Positions 51,853 through 64,000 of a stretch of DNA of 64,000 nt are shown here, one piece after another; the stretch's first letter is position 1; the number at the start of each line of letters is the position of its first letter. The stretch is from Octopus vulgaris (Eukaryota): contig OX597819.1 in assembly GCA_951406725.2 (NCBI GenBank), forward strand, positions 110,298,001 through 110,362,000. Reading direction: 5' to 3'. The position numbers were made by a program, and so were the translations under genes. The notes under the pieces are model-generated. The model did no database searches, was not told where the DNA came from, and saw only the letters and a list, made by a program, of their open reading frames with translations.

Positions 51853-52200
51853 GCGTTGAGTCAAAAAGTCATGCAATATTTTGGTAACTTATTTGCATTA
51901 TTCATCAAGTTACAACAAAAGTTGCCTAGCATTGAAAGTAGAGGCCATCGTGTTGCACCGCCTGAGGCCACCTTTCTACATGTTCTTTGATCCTGCGCTG
52001 ATACCAGTTTTTGTCTTTCCATGAGAACTCCTTCATTGAAGCTGCCACCTCCTTTTGGTTGACAAAGCGTCGCGATCGCAGGAAGTGAGCCATGGTTCGA
52101 AACAAGTAATAATCCGAGGGAGATACTTCCGGACTATATACTGGGTTTGGCATCAGTTCGATTCTCTCAAATTACTGGAGTTCATTCTGGGTCGTTGCAC
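51853..52200 (-). mobile_element. mariner transposase 3' fragment with a TIR remnant
   Basis: PVYSPEVSPSDYYLF (YSPDLAPxD motif) ... ERW..VQHDGLYF. Confidence 0.88.
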
Positions 52201-52919
52201 GTTTATCTGTGCGGTTTTCATTTCAATGGTATTGATTCGGGAGAATCAGAAGCAACAAAATGTGGAAAATATTTATAAATGAAGGTATGGCCTGAAGGAG
52301 CTGACAAGGTTTTTTAGACACAAGCATGGCTGTGTGAACCAGAAAGCTCGTTTTACACCCATGTGGTTTCGGATTTAGTCCTACTGTATGACACCTTGGG
52401 AAAGTACCTTCTACTTAAGCCATGAGCTGATCAATGCGTTGTGAGCGAATTTGGTAGATGGAAACTATGTGGAAGAATGTATAGGTTAGTTACGTGTGAT
52501 GCTTCACAAAATGTTACTACTTCCCGAAAATATCTGATCTGGATTTCAAATGTGTCCACTGTTGTGTAGATTTTGGGTGATTAGACATTTCTTCTCGGAT
52601 AAAAAGTTACGTTCTCTCCCATTTTTAGAAGGCTCTGAAATTCCAAAAATCATCCATTTAAAGTTATGGCTGGAAACTCAGTATTTTAAATGCTGGACAT
52701 AGTAGGACAATTTTGTCACATTTTCTAGTCTCAACGTATCAATACTTTTCACAATAATTCTCCATATTTCCCTGCATGTTTCAATGAGAAAAACTCAGTT
52801 CCACCGTCTAAGAATCATGCTTCTCTTCAAAAATTGGGACTAATAAACGATGTTTGATGAGTCTTTTACGGACAATAAAATAAAATAGATACAACAGAAA
52901 AATCTGTAGTTACTATTAT

Positions 52920-53322
52920 TCATATGTGTGTGTGTATGTATATATGTTTGTATGTATGTATGTATGTATGTATGTATGTGTGTATGTATGTGTGTGTGTG
53001 TGTGAGTGTGTATGTATGTATGTATGTATGATATACGCATACATGACTGTGTGTATACAATATCATAATGTGCAGCTAATGCACAGAAAATAAAGAACTC
53101 AACATAATATACTATAAATCTACATCAGTGGATGCGTAGTAAATGCACTTAGTATCTATGAAGATAAGATGCATGCAAGCAGTGCACAGAGTTGCAACAA
53201 TATTGCACTATCGAAATAAATGTAAAAAACGAGTATGTTGAAATATCATTGATTTCTCCCTGATATGTATGTGTTGGCCGTTTGTATCGATATATACATA
53301 CATACATACATACATACATACA

Positions 53323-53380
<58 letters not shown>

Positions 53381-53635
53381 CGTACCAACATAGACACATC
53401 GACAGACAGACACACACACACAGATATATACATACACATAGATATGTGTGTTTAAAAGTAAACATATTTAAGCACAAATACCTGATTATGTTTATAAATA
53501 TGCATGTATATATGTATATAAATGTATATGTATATATGCATATATATACACATTTATATGTAATATAAATGTATATATATATATACACACACATGTATTT
53601 ATATGTACATATATATGTGTATATATATGTATATA

Positions 53636-53668
<33 letters not shown>

Positions 53669-54016
53669 GCAAATCATTCATCTATACACATATGCAAATA
53701 TATGTGTGTGTGTTAGTGTGAATGTGTATGCACGTGTTTTTAGGTATGTGTATATATATATCACACACAGACTTACATACAGATATACATACATGCATAC
53801 ATACATACACGCACACATATTTATATAGACAAATTCATAGACACACAAAGCCTACCACACGCGCGCAAACTCCCTCATACACATACATTCACGTGCACAC
53901 ACTCATATATGAAACACAGATCAACAAAGATATGTACATATGTATGCATGTGTATGCATACATGTATGTGTGTATTTGTATATATACAAGTATATGTGTG
54001 TGCGTGTACATATATA

Positions 54017-54058
<42 letters not shown>

Positions 54059-54241
54059 TCATATATTTAAGCACTTAATATATGCATATATATATACATT
54101 TATATATGTATGTACATTATGTATACATATAGATGGGTGTATATACTTGTGTATACAAATCTCTACTTCTTACTTCCCATTTAATTTTATGCATTCTCTT
54201 TTGTGCCTCTAATAATATTTAGCTATACACACGCACACACA

Positions 54242-54273
<32 letters not shown>

Positions 54274-54387
54274 TACAGAGAGAGAGAGAGAGAGACACAC
54301 GCACACACATAGAGAAGTGCATACACCTACATAAATCACACTTTCACATAGGAATAAATATACAGATACACCACATACTCTCTCTGT

Positions 54388-54418
<31 letters not shown>

Positions 54419-54450
54419 AAATACACACACACACACACACACATACACAG
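52920..54450. repeat. degenerate (TA)/(CA)/(TACA) microsatellite field
   Basis: Directly visible. Confidence 0.9.
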
Positions 54451-54499
54451 AGATTAACAAATATACAAGTACACGTAACTATCATTTTCTTTTATGCAA

Positions 54500-54604
54500 A
54501 AGCTAGCGCAACCACCATCTACATTTCTACTACTACCGCCACCATTTTCTATCTTCACTCCCATTAACGCCTCTAGTGCCACCACCACTAACTCTACCAA
54601 GATG

Positions 54605-54678
<74 letters not shown>

Positions 54679-55271
54679 CACCACCACCACCACTACCACC
54701 ACCAAGATTTCTACAATCACCAACAACGCCAGCAAAACCGCCGTCATCACCACCACCAACCACCAAAACCACCACCACTACCACCACCACTACCACCACC
54801 ACCACCACAACCACCACCACCACCATCACCACCGCTGTCGACCACTGTCATTATCTCTGCTACTTCCATAACTGAATTACATATACACAACAACTAACAT
54901 TACACCACAACTATCATTCGTTGTTAGCAGGTTCTGTCCAATATCTCCAAACACGCCCACGCCAAACTACCATTAAACCACTGTCGTCGTCACCACCACC
55001 ACCACCACTACCATCACCACCTGCACCACTGCTGTCACCCTCCCCCACTATTCCTGTCGCCGCCACCACCACCACCACCACAACCACCACCACCACCATC
55101 ACGTCCACCGCCACCACTTTCACCACCACTACCACCACCATCACGTCCAACACCAGCACCATCACCATCATCATCACCACGACTCCTACCAGCACCACCA
55201 ACAACAATATCACCAAAATCCCCACCATCACCACCACCACCATCACCACCACCACCACCACCACCACCACC

Positions 55272-55303
<32 letters not shown>

Positions 55304-55945
55304 CAACTACAACCTTGAGCAACAGCCGGTGTAATAATTGTCTCCACCTTCATCACTACCTCAATACCATTATCACTTTCGTCATTCCACCATTAGGAAT
55401 AAGTCGTAAAACCATTGGTACTACCACCAAAACAACACTACCACTAATGCTACCATCGCTATGATTATCCCTACCATTAGCCACATCATTATCATTATCA
55501 CTAATAACATTATTATCTGAACACTACCCCCGAGACTACCACTGTTACAACAGCTACAACCACTACCGTTGCAACCACCACTCATCACCACAGCAATCAC
55601 TACCATCATCGCACCCTTCCCCAACTGCCACCATCATAAACATCATTTCAGCATCACCACTACCATCTTCATCATTATCACCACCAGCCAACACCACCAC
55701 CACCACCACCACCACCACCACTACCACCACCTCCACCTCCACCACCACCAAAATGCTCAATACCATCACTACCATCGTCAGCCTCATCATCACTATCACT
55801 ACCATTATCCCCCCCTCCAAATACACTACCCCCACAACCATCAACACCACCAACACCGCTACCACCACCACACCACCACCACCATCATCAACGTCACTAC
55901 TACCACTACCACCGTCAGCACCACCACCACCATCACTACCACTAA
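54500..55945. repeat. (CAC/TAC/CAT)n compound trinucleotide field
   Basis: Directly visible. Confidence 0.92.
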
Positions 55946-56151
55946 TTACCGTATCTTTCGCTATCGGGCGCCAACATTTTGGAAATGTCAACAGAGTTCC
56001 CATTAAGTTTCTTCTTGTCTGTTTGGTCCACCGGATTCCCTAATCGTCCACTTCCGCTTTGTTTTTATATTTTTCACAACTTACACATCTTTTTCATTTC
56101 GCTTTCGCCGTCGTTCTCCTCATTGCTCTAACTGCTGCTGTTGTTGTTGTC

Positions 56152-56426
<275 letters not shown>

Positions 56427-57120
56427 CAGTGTATTGTGCGGTGGTTGTTTCTGTTGTTCTGGTTGTTGTTTTCCTTTGTCAGAATGACAGATGTGTCGCA
56501 GTTGGATTTGCTGATTTTGATGTTGATGGTGGTGGTATTTATAGTGATGATGGACTGTTAGAGAAATAGCACGAGCAAGAGATAAATAACGGATTCTTTC
56601 AGTCATTCATCTATTTTATCACTTATTTATTTATCTTTTTATTATTCACATATTCATTCATCATACAATTCATTCAGTTATTCTCTCCAAATATTCATTC
56701 ATTCGTTTAAACTTTCCTGCCAATTCATTCATTCAGTTTAATTCAGTTCAGCTATTCTATCGTTCAGTGATTCAGTTATTCCATCATTCTAGTTATTCCT
56801 CACTCAGGCTATTCTTTTGTAATTCAGTTATTTGGTTTATTCCTTACATCATTCTACCATTGATTGCTAGAACCGTTGAATGTCTTGAAGTATTTGTTGT
56901 GGCTTTTTGTATTTTGTGTTCAAAATCACACGAAATCAGCTCTAATTTTTATCCACACAGAATCGATATAATCAACCAGACGCCTCCCTAAAATTTCTGA
57001 TCTTGCGCCTATCTTAATAATCATTAGTTGGACAAAACGCTTTGCCTTATTTTTATGCGAAGCGAATATTGAAATTATCACGTAAAAACGGTAGTTTATT
57101 TTCATTAACGTTTGGTGAAT

Positions 57121-57331
57121 ATAGGTGTAGAAGTGGCTGTGTGGTAAGCTTGCTTACCAACCACATAATTCCGAGGTCAGTCCTACTGCGTGGCACCTTG
57201 GGCAAGTGACTTCTGCTATAGCCTCGGGCCGACCAAAGCCTTTTGAGTGGATTTGGTAGACTGAAACTGAAAGAAGCCCGTCGTATATATGTATATATAT
57301 ACATACATATATAAAATATATATATATATAT

Positions 57332-57367
<36 letters not shown>

Positions 57368-57592
57368 CATGTATATGTTTGTGTATCTGTGTTTGTCCCC
57401 CAACATCGCTTGACAACCGATGCTGATGTGTTTACGTCCCCATAACTTAGCGGTTCGGCAAAAGAGACCAGTAGAATAAGTACTAGGCTTACAAAGAATA
57501 AGTCCTGGGGTCGATTTGTTCGACTAAAGGCGGTGCTCCAGCATGGCCACAGTCAAATGACTGAAACAAGTAAAGGAGTAAAGACTAAAGAG
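57121..57592 (+). mobile_element. SINE family B, full copy with an internal microsatellite
   Basis: tRNA-like head, CACCTTGGGCAAGTG core, and tail ACTGAAACAAGTAAAGGAGTAAAG. Confidence 0.9.
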
Positions 57593-57659
57593 TATAGCGT
57601 TAAGTAGAAGAAATTAGTATCAGTAAACGATAACTGTTTCAACTCTGAACCATATCAAC

Positions 57660-58480
57660 TTGCCTTTCGTAGGTCAGCAGTGATGGCCAAACCACTGTTT
57701 ATCATTTCCTCCTGGTTTCCAGCTCTTTCTGCTCATTCTGTTGCCTCTTTAATCCAGTACTCAGTTACCTTTCACTTTCCTTTTTCTCTTATTCCACTCA
57801 CTGCAAACATTCTCCATACTGACTGGCCAGGGAATTCTCTGCAGCCAACTCCGACTGGGATTAACCATGACTACCATTCCTCCTCACTGTCTAGAGCTTG
57901 GTACGTTTCCATTCAAAGACTTGATCGCACCCTTCCTCCACCACGGCCCTATAAGCTCAATCAAAATTATTTTCTCTGCCTTTCCAGACAACATAACATC
58001 TGGACTTGACGTTGTTTGGACGACATAGGGAAACTGTAGTTTTCTCCCAAGGTCTAGTTTCATATCCCTTCACTAGGCTCCATATAGTAGACTACCTGTT
58101 CATTTTGCTGTCCTCACTGGCTTTTCTTCCTCTCTTACGAATTTGATTCCTGGCGTTGTTTTGACCCCGCTGTTAGGATGCCTTGTCACTTTCCTCTTCC
58201 AAGGAGAGCGAGTGTCGCAAGTACCTTATCACGGTGTCACTTGTATCTCCCTTGGGTAAATGCTGTTTTGCAACCTGGCAAGTTGTGTGCTATGGTGCCC
58301 CTTTCTCCACAAAGTCTACGCAGCTGGTTCTCTTTCAAACTCCATATGTGAAGGTATTTTGACGTTGGAAGTGTGTTGTACACTAACCACAGTAAGAAGG
58401 AGATACAGAAAGGTTCAAGTCTCCGCAGGTACGTCCACGTGATATTCCGTTCGGGAATGTTCCATTTGGTCCAGGCTCCC
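57660..58480 (-). mobile_element. HERO/R2-group (RLE) non-LTR 3' fragment
   Basis: The minus strand reads RLCGERGTIAHNLPGCKTAFTQG..HRDKVL and TTSSPDVMLS..KIILIELIGPW (PD..IEL..PW endonuclease motif). Confidence 0.75.
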
Positions 58481-59286
58481 TGCTGTATATATGAAATTAT
58501 TGAATTATAGAATTAAGTGAATGACTGAATTACAGTATAATGTGAATGGTAGAATAAGAAAATTACAGAATAAAGTTAGTGGTAAAATAAGAATTACAGA
58601 ATAAAGTGAATGATGGAATAACTGAATAACAGATTAACATGAATGATGGAATAATCATATGTAAAAAAAGCCAGATGTCTTCAAATCTGGGAAGTTCAAA
58701 TATCTCCAGGGTCACCATTGCTTTCATTCCTCCGGGGTCGGTAGAATGAAATAGCTGTCGCGTAGAGGGATTCATTTAGTTGACTAGTCCCTTTTCCCAG
58801 ATTTGCAGCCTTGTAACTTTATATATCCTTATTCTATGATTCACGTGATTCTGTAATTTAGTTATCCCACTATTCGCATTAGTTCTGTAATTCTGTAATA
58901 CACTTTTAACTGTAATTCATTTATTCCATCATTCACGTTATTCAGAAATTCAGAAATTTTCCCATTCAGTTTATTCTACAATTCAGTAATTCTATCATTC
59001 ACATTCGTCTGTAATCAAGTAATTCATTTATTCGACAAATCTTGTAATTCCAGTATTTCTTCATCTAAGTTTTTCTGTATTTATGTTATTCCATCAGTTG
59101 TTCAGCTATTCCGTCATTTATTTATTCTGCAATTGAAATTATCCGTCATTCTATTATTCTCTCATTTCCGGTGTCATTCAGCTAATTTTGTAACTTTAAA
59201 TATTCTCTTATTCTACTGCCCTGTAATTATGTTGCATTGTAAATCATTCCGGCATTATACATATCATTATTCTTTCGCACAATCAT

Positions 59287-59348
<62 letters not shown>

Positions 59349-59463
59349 ATTTCGGAATGGTCATTTTGCCAGTTTACCCAATAAAAACACATGCACTATA
59401 TATTTGGTGTTACTTTGCTTCAGCGTTATTTATTTTTTTACATTAATCTTAATCTTATTTCGG

Positions 59464-59503
59464 CCAGAGTTCTTTCGCCACACTCCTGTGACCGCATCAG
59501 TGG
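59464..59503 (-). ncRNA. minimal hammerhead-like motif with A9C core
   Basis: CCA-CUGAUGC-G-GUCAC-AGGAGU-GUGGC-GAAA-GAAC-UC-UGG. Confidence 0.45.
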
Positions 59504-59755
59504 TCCTTTGCTTTCTTCTTTCTTATTTGTGTGTCTCTCCTTACTAACCGTCAACCATTTTGTATTTCTATTGTATATGTCTTCATTTGCGCATGCATAT
59601 ATCTCTATGTGCGTCTATGTTTAGTTAGTGTGTGTGTGGGGGGGGGATGCCTGTAATATTTGTATCTCCTGTTTATATACGTTCATGTCATTTGTTTTTG
59701 TTTTGTTTATTCGTATTTTGTTCATGTGTTTAGACCCACTTATTATTATTACTAC

Positions 59756-59810
<55 letters not shown>

Positions 59811-59811
59811 G

Positions 59812-59864
<53 letters not shown>

Positions 59865-59946
59865 ATTATTATTATTATTATCATCATTATTATTATAATA
59901 ACAATAATAATAGTAATAATAATAATAAAAAAAATGTATATAGTTA

Positions 59947-60336
59947 CTAGCAGTATCACCCGGTGTTGCTTGGGTTTGTTTCGACCCTTTAGAATTGGAA
60001 TTTATGAAAAGTAAAAATTTTGCATTATGCAACTTGTTATTCTCTTTAAGTGAACATTTTTCCAGTTGAAATACACCGGAAAATGGTGACACAGCAGTCA
60101 AAAATCGTAAAAAATAGGGATTTCATAGAAAAAAAGGACCTTTCTGATGTAGATAATTTTTGGTGTTAACATGGTCCGATTTGAATTTTATCTTCTTCAG
60201 AATGAAGAGCAAGCCTCCTTCTATCATACTCTCAATTTTGGTCAACTTGCGCTGCAGGGTCTCGCAGGAGATAGTGTTAGTTGAAGGCTACGAAACCTGC
60301 CACACACAGACAACTTCAGCTTTATATATATATAGA
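59947..60336 (-). mobile_element. non-autonomous Helitron-like element
   Basis: The minus strand starts A|TCTATATATATATAAAG and ends with hairpin ACCCAAGCAACACCGGGT then CTAG|T. A second 5' end lies at ~60430. Confidence 0.7.
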
Positions 60337-61619
60337 TTTGCTACACACTACTTTCCATCCTTAATAATGAAACTTGGTAGATCCAAAAGTTAAACACACA
60401 GAAACACAAGTTGAGTTTTATATATATAGATTTCTCAACGGGGATTTCAGGGGAGAGTTTCAGGGAGTCGCTGGCGATGTATCGTGATGATCAAAAATCC
60501 GGCCTGCTAAAATTTGGTTAAAGTGATTCAAACTGCAGACTCAACGCAAAATGGTCACATTTAATTCAAAGCGTTAAAAATGTTATGAAAACAATTGGTA
60601 TGTCTTCACAAAGTCCAAACGATTAATACGAAAAAACCCTACAGGCTACATCACGAAAATTCATATCTTTGCCGAATTTCTACAATGTTTGCGGCGATTC
60701 GTTTTTATATCTTGATTTTTTATTTTTCATGCAAGTTACGCATGCTTGCACGCGTGGTGAACACAGTTCACGTCAAACAGCTGACTGAGTAAAGTTCGCT
60801 ATTCAATGCATGGGATAAAGGCCTAAACAAACACATTATCGATTTTTGCACTTGCGAGATGAATTTCGGAACAGAAATAGCGCAGTTCAATTTACTGCTT
60901 AATTTTTCGTTCGAAATTATAAACAAATTACAACACGCAGACAAAATCTCTTGCGATGAATAGATTGAAGAAATCATGCAATCTATTTAAATAAATCTCA
61001 CTGAATAAAAAATATAACCAGAGGCGTATTTGGTTATGTTATAAAAATGTCTTAGCAGTAATATAGGAAACCTGTCATACTCGAACAAAGAAACAAGATG
61101 AAGCCGTTAATATTCGCTCTGAAAATCCTGTCTGTAAGCAGAACAGTGAAAATATGCAAGACATTCTAAAATTCAAGATGTGAATTTTTATATCCTTCGT
61201 TATCAATATTCTATTGATGAGGCTTTGTCTCTTTATTAGCAGACAGACAGACAAGCAACTTGACAAACAGGCATACAGACAGACAGGCAGAGGCGATGAC
61301 ATACAGAAAGTGAGAAAAGCCGACTGGCATGCAGACAGATAGACTTGTAGACACAATACACGGGGAGAAGGACAGAATGAAAGTGGAGCAAAGTGAGTGA
61401 CAGGCAGATATACACACAGACAGATAAGCAGAATGAGTGACAAACATCACAGACAGACAGACAGACAGGCAGACAGACAGACAGACAGATAGGACAAATG
61501 ATGAGAGTGGCGGTGGAAGCTAGGATAACATTCATTCACAATTTTGTGGTGAATGAGAGGAAGAGAAAGAGTATCTGTATGAGGGAGACGATAGAAAAGG
61601 GAATGGAAGTGATTTGGGT

Positions 61620-62245
61620 GGGTAATGATGGATGACTGTGGTAGTGGTGGGGAGAACTAGGGATGCTGATGATGCAAGTGGTGGTGTTGGTGTTGGTGTT
61701 GGTGGTGGTGATGGCAGTTGTGAAAGTGGGAGAGGCAGTGGTGAAAGTGCTGGTGTGATCATGAATGAGGTGGTAGTGGTGGTGGCGATATTGGGGGGAG
61801 GCAATGTTTTCAATGGTGAATAAGGTCTTGGGTAATGAAGATTACGATGATGATGTTGATGTTGATGATGATGATGATGATGATGATCGTGGTGGTGGTG
61901 GTGATGATGGTGGTGGTGGTGGTGGTAATGGTGGTGGTGGTGGTGATGGTGGTGGTGGTGATAGTGGTGGTGGTGATGGTGGTGGTGGTGGTGGTGATGA
62001 TGATGACGATGAGGATATGTGTGTGTGGGGGGCTAAAAGCTGATGATGACGACGACAAATACGACGATGATGGTGCTAATGATAATGATGGCAACGGCAG
62101 TGGTGGTGGTGGTGGTGGTGGAAAAGATGGGGGCGGGATCGGGGGCGGTAAAGGTAGAGGTAGAGACAGTTTGGAGTGGGGGAGATTTTGAGTTAGGGTG
62201 GTAGTGGTGTTGGTGGTGTTGGTGGTGTAGGTGGTAGTGGTGGTG
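61620..62245. repeat. (GGT/GAT)n compound trinucleotide field
   Basis: Directly visible. Confidence 0.9.
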
Positions 62246-63119
62246 TTGCAAACGCTTGTTGCAGAAGTGATTAATTCTAAACTCTGCTACTTCCGAAGAG
62301 TAAAGGGAATTAGTAGAAACCAAACCCAGAGGAGACAGTTGGTCGAAATCAGGCGACCTCCGTGGGAAACTGTGGGGGACACAAGCTTTGACTTTTCAGA
62401 AAATAACGCGCACTGTTTTAGCACCATCACCACCAACATCATCATCATTAACAACAACAACTACAACAACATGAACCAATCAACTACAACAGCAACAACA
62501 GTGGTAGCAACATCAATAATGACAACAGAAACATAATCTCGACCGGTTAGAAATAGCAGTGAAATTTTCGACAATTAACATTTTAATGTCTTTAAAAAAG
62601 AAAGGACACACATGATAATTTGTTTTTGTATTTGGTTTGTTGTAACATATTTTGTTGTATTTTGGGTAGGTCATTATGCCAATGATCATCACACGCACTG
62701 GTTTTATTTCAGACAGATCTGAAGTAGACTTGGAGAAGACCTGGAGCAAACCTCGAGTAGAGATGGCGTGCTATTGATGAGGTTGCAAACGGCGACAAAA
62801 GAACTTCGACAAACTTAGATGGTTGATTGATTAACTGAACAATTAATCAAGCAATTGATTAGTTAATTAATTAAATGGTTAATCAATTGACTCATAAAAA
62901 TAAGGAAGTGAAATAGAACCAAGGCATGTGTTTTTAGTGACGTAATGATCCATCTAAGATACAACATAACATATATAATAACATAGATTCGATGGGCAAT
63001 CTGGATCCCAACATTTTGACTTCTAATTTATAATTGGTATTGTAAAAGACATGCCATACATTCAAAACCGAGATGGATTTGAATGTGGCCGTTCTATTCT
63101 TCAAATGGTTTATTTATAC

Positions 63120-63420
63120 AATTTTGGTGCTGTTCTCTATTCTACCCCATTCGTTGACCGTGTGGTCGTTGGGGCGTTCGTCGATGAAGTCGCAACCAGA
63201 TTTCTCCCTTTCTCTTGGTCTTCTGCTGCTGCCTGTGAGCCGGTGAAATTGAGACCTGTCCACTCTTTGTTGTTACAAGCCCATCTTTTCCTTGGCCTGT
63301 CTTGCTTTCGTGTCTTACAGGATTATCTTTTCCAGGCAGGAGTTTCTTGTTACATGGCCATACCATTTTAATTTCCGATTTCTCTATCATAATTATTTTA
63401 GTCATTTCCACAACTTTTTA
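63120..63420 (-). mobile_element. RTE-like LINE 3' fragment
   Basis: The minus strand reads RKLKWYGHVTR...KIIL and NNKEWTGL, typical of an RTE C-terminus. Confidence 0.65.
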
Positions 63421-63872
63421 TCACAACTTACCAAGTTACTGATGTCATCATATTTCGTCAAGCAGTCGATAATTTAAATTTTTTATTCTGTTTTTTTCTT
63501 TCTTCCAGACAATATGAATACCACTTTTAGTAACTAGGTCTATTTTTGAACTCAAGACGCATTCAATAGGACCTTGGATCCTTCTACGTCAACTCATCTG
63601 GTCTCACATTCATCATTTAACTACACCCCTGTTTTTGTTGTGACTGAATATAATTTGAAGGAAAAAATAAAGGCGTCGATTTGGCAGAATCGTTAGAACA
63701 TCGGAATAGTTCCCAATGGTATTTATTCTGACTTTTTATGTTCTGAGTTCAATACCTACTGGTGAAGCTTGCTTTCATCATTTCAAGGTAAATAAAATAA
63801 ACATTTATATGTCCGGCGGAATCCATCACACTTCATGTCTGACAACAGCTATTTTCTTCCAGAATAAGAAAG

Positions 63873-63927
<55 letters not shown>

Positions 63928-64000
63928 CAACCCTCTGTACATGACTGGTTTATATGTAAATAAACATAAATGCATAAATCTGTGCTTACGTATGTATATT

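Noticed and set aside
62231-62777. ORF 62231-62536 and exon-like 62713-62777 (RSEVDLEKTWSKPRVEMACY*)
   Set aside because: There is no recognisable domain, and the compatible upstream frame has a TAA at ~62448. It cannot be supported without RNA data.

Overview
AT-rich, repeat-dense eukaryotic DNA. The SINE families and microsatellite load resemble an octopus (cephalopod) genome; this is an inference, no search was run. Nearly all six-frame ORFs are microsatellite artefacts. The window holds degraded transposons: a complete-ended Chapaev3 DNA transposon, a near full-length R4/Dong LINE inside (TAA)n, fragments of CR1, Tx1, HERO, RTE and mariner elements, Helitron-like elements, MITEs and at least five tRNA-derived SINE families. 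It also holds a probable 3'-terminal host exon (6848-6948), a few candidate exons and a compact ETS-CRE/YY1 promoter-like site near 32530. The most striking signal is a set of hammerhead-ribozyme (HHR) motifs, mostly in short Penelope-like repeats. One is canonical (45024-45116), one family has a G3:C8 swapped core (12230-12282), and others carry A6U or A9C core variants. A minus-strand locus (47216-47288) has all hammerhead strands present but in a non-canonical order. All folds were read by eye and no activity is demonstrated.
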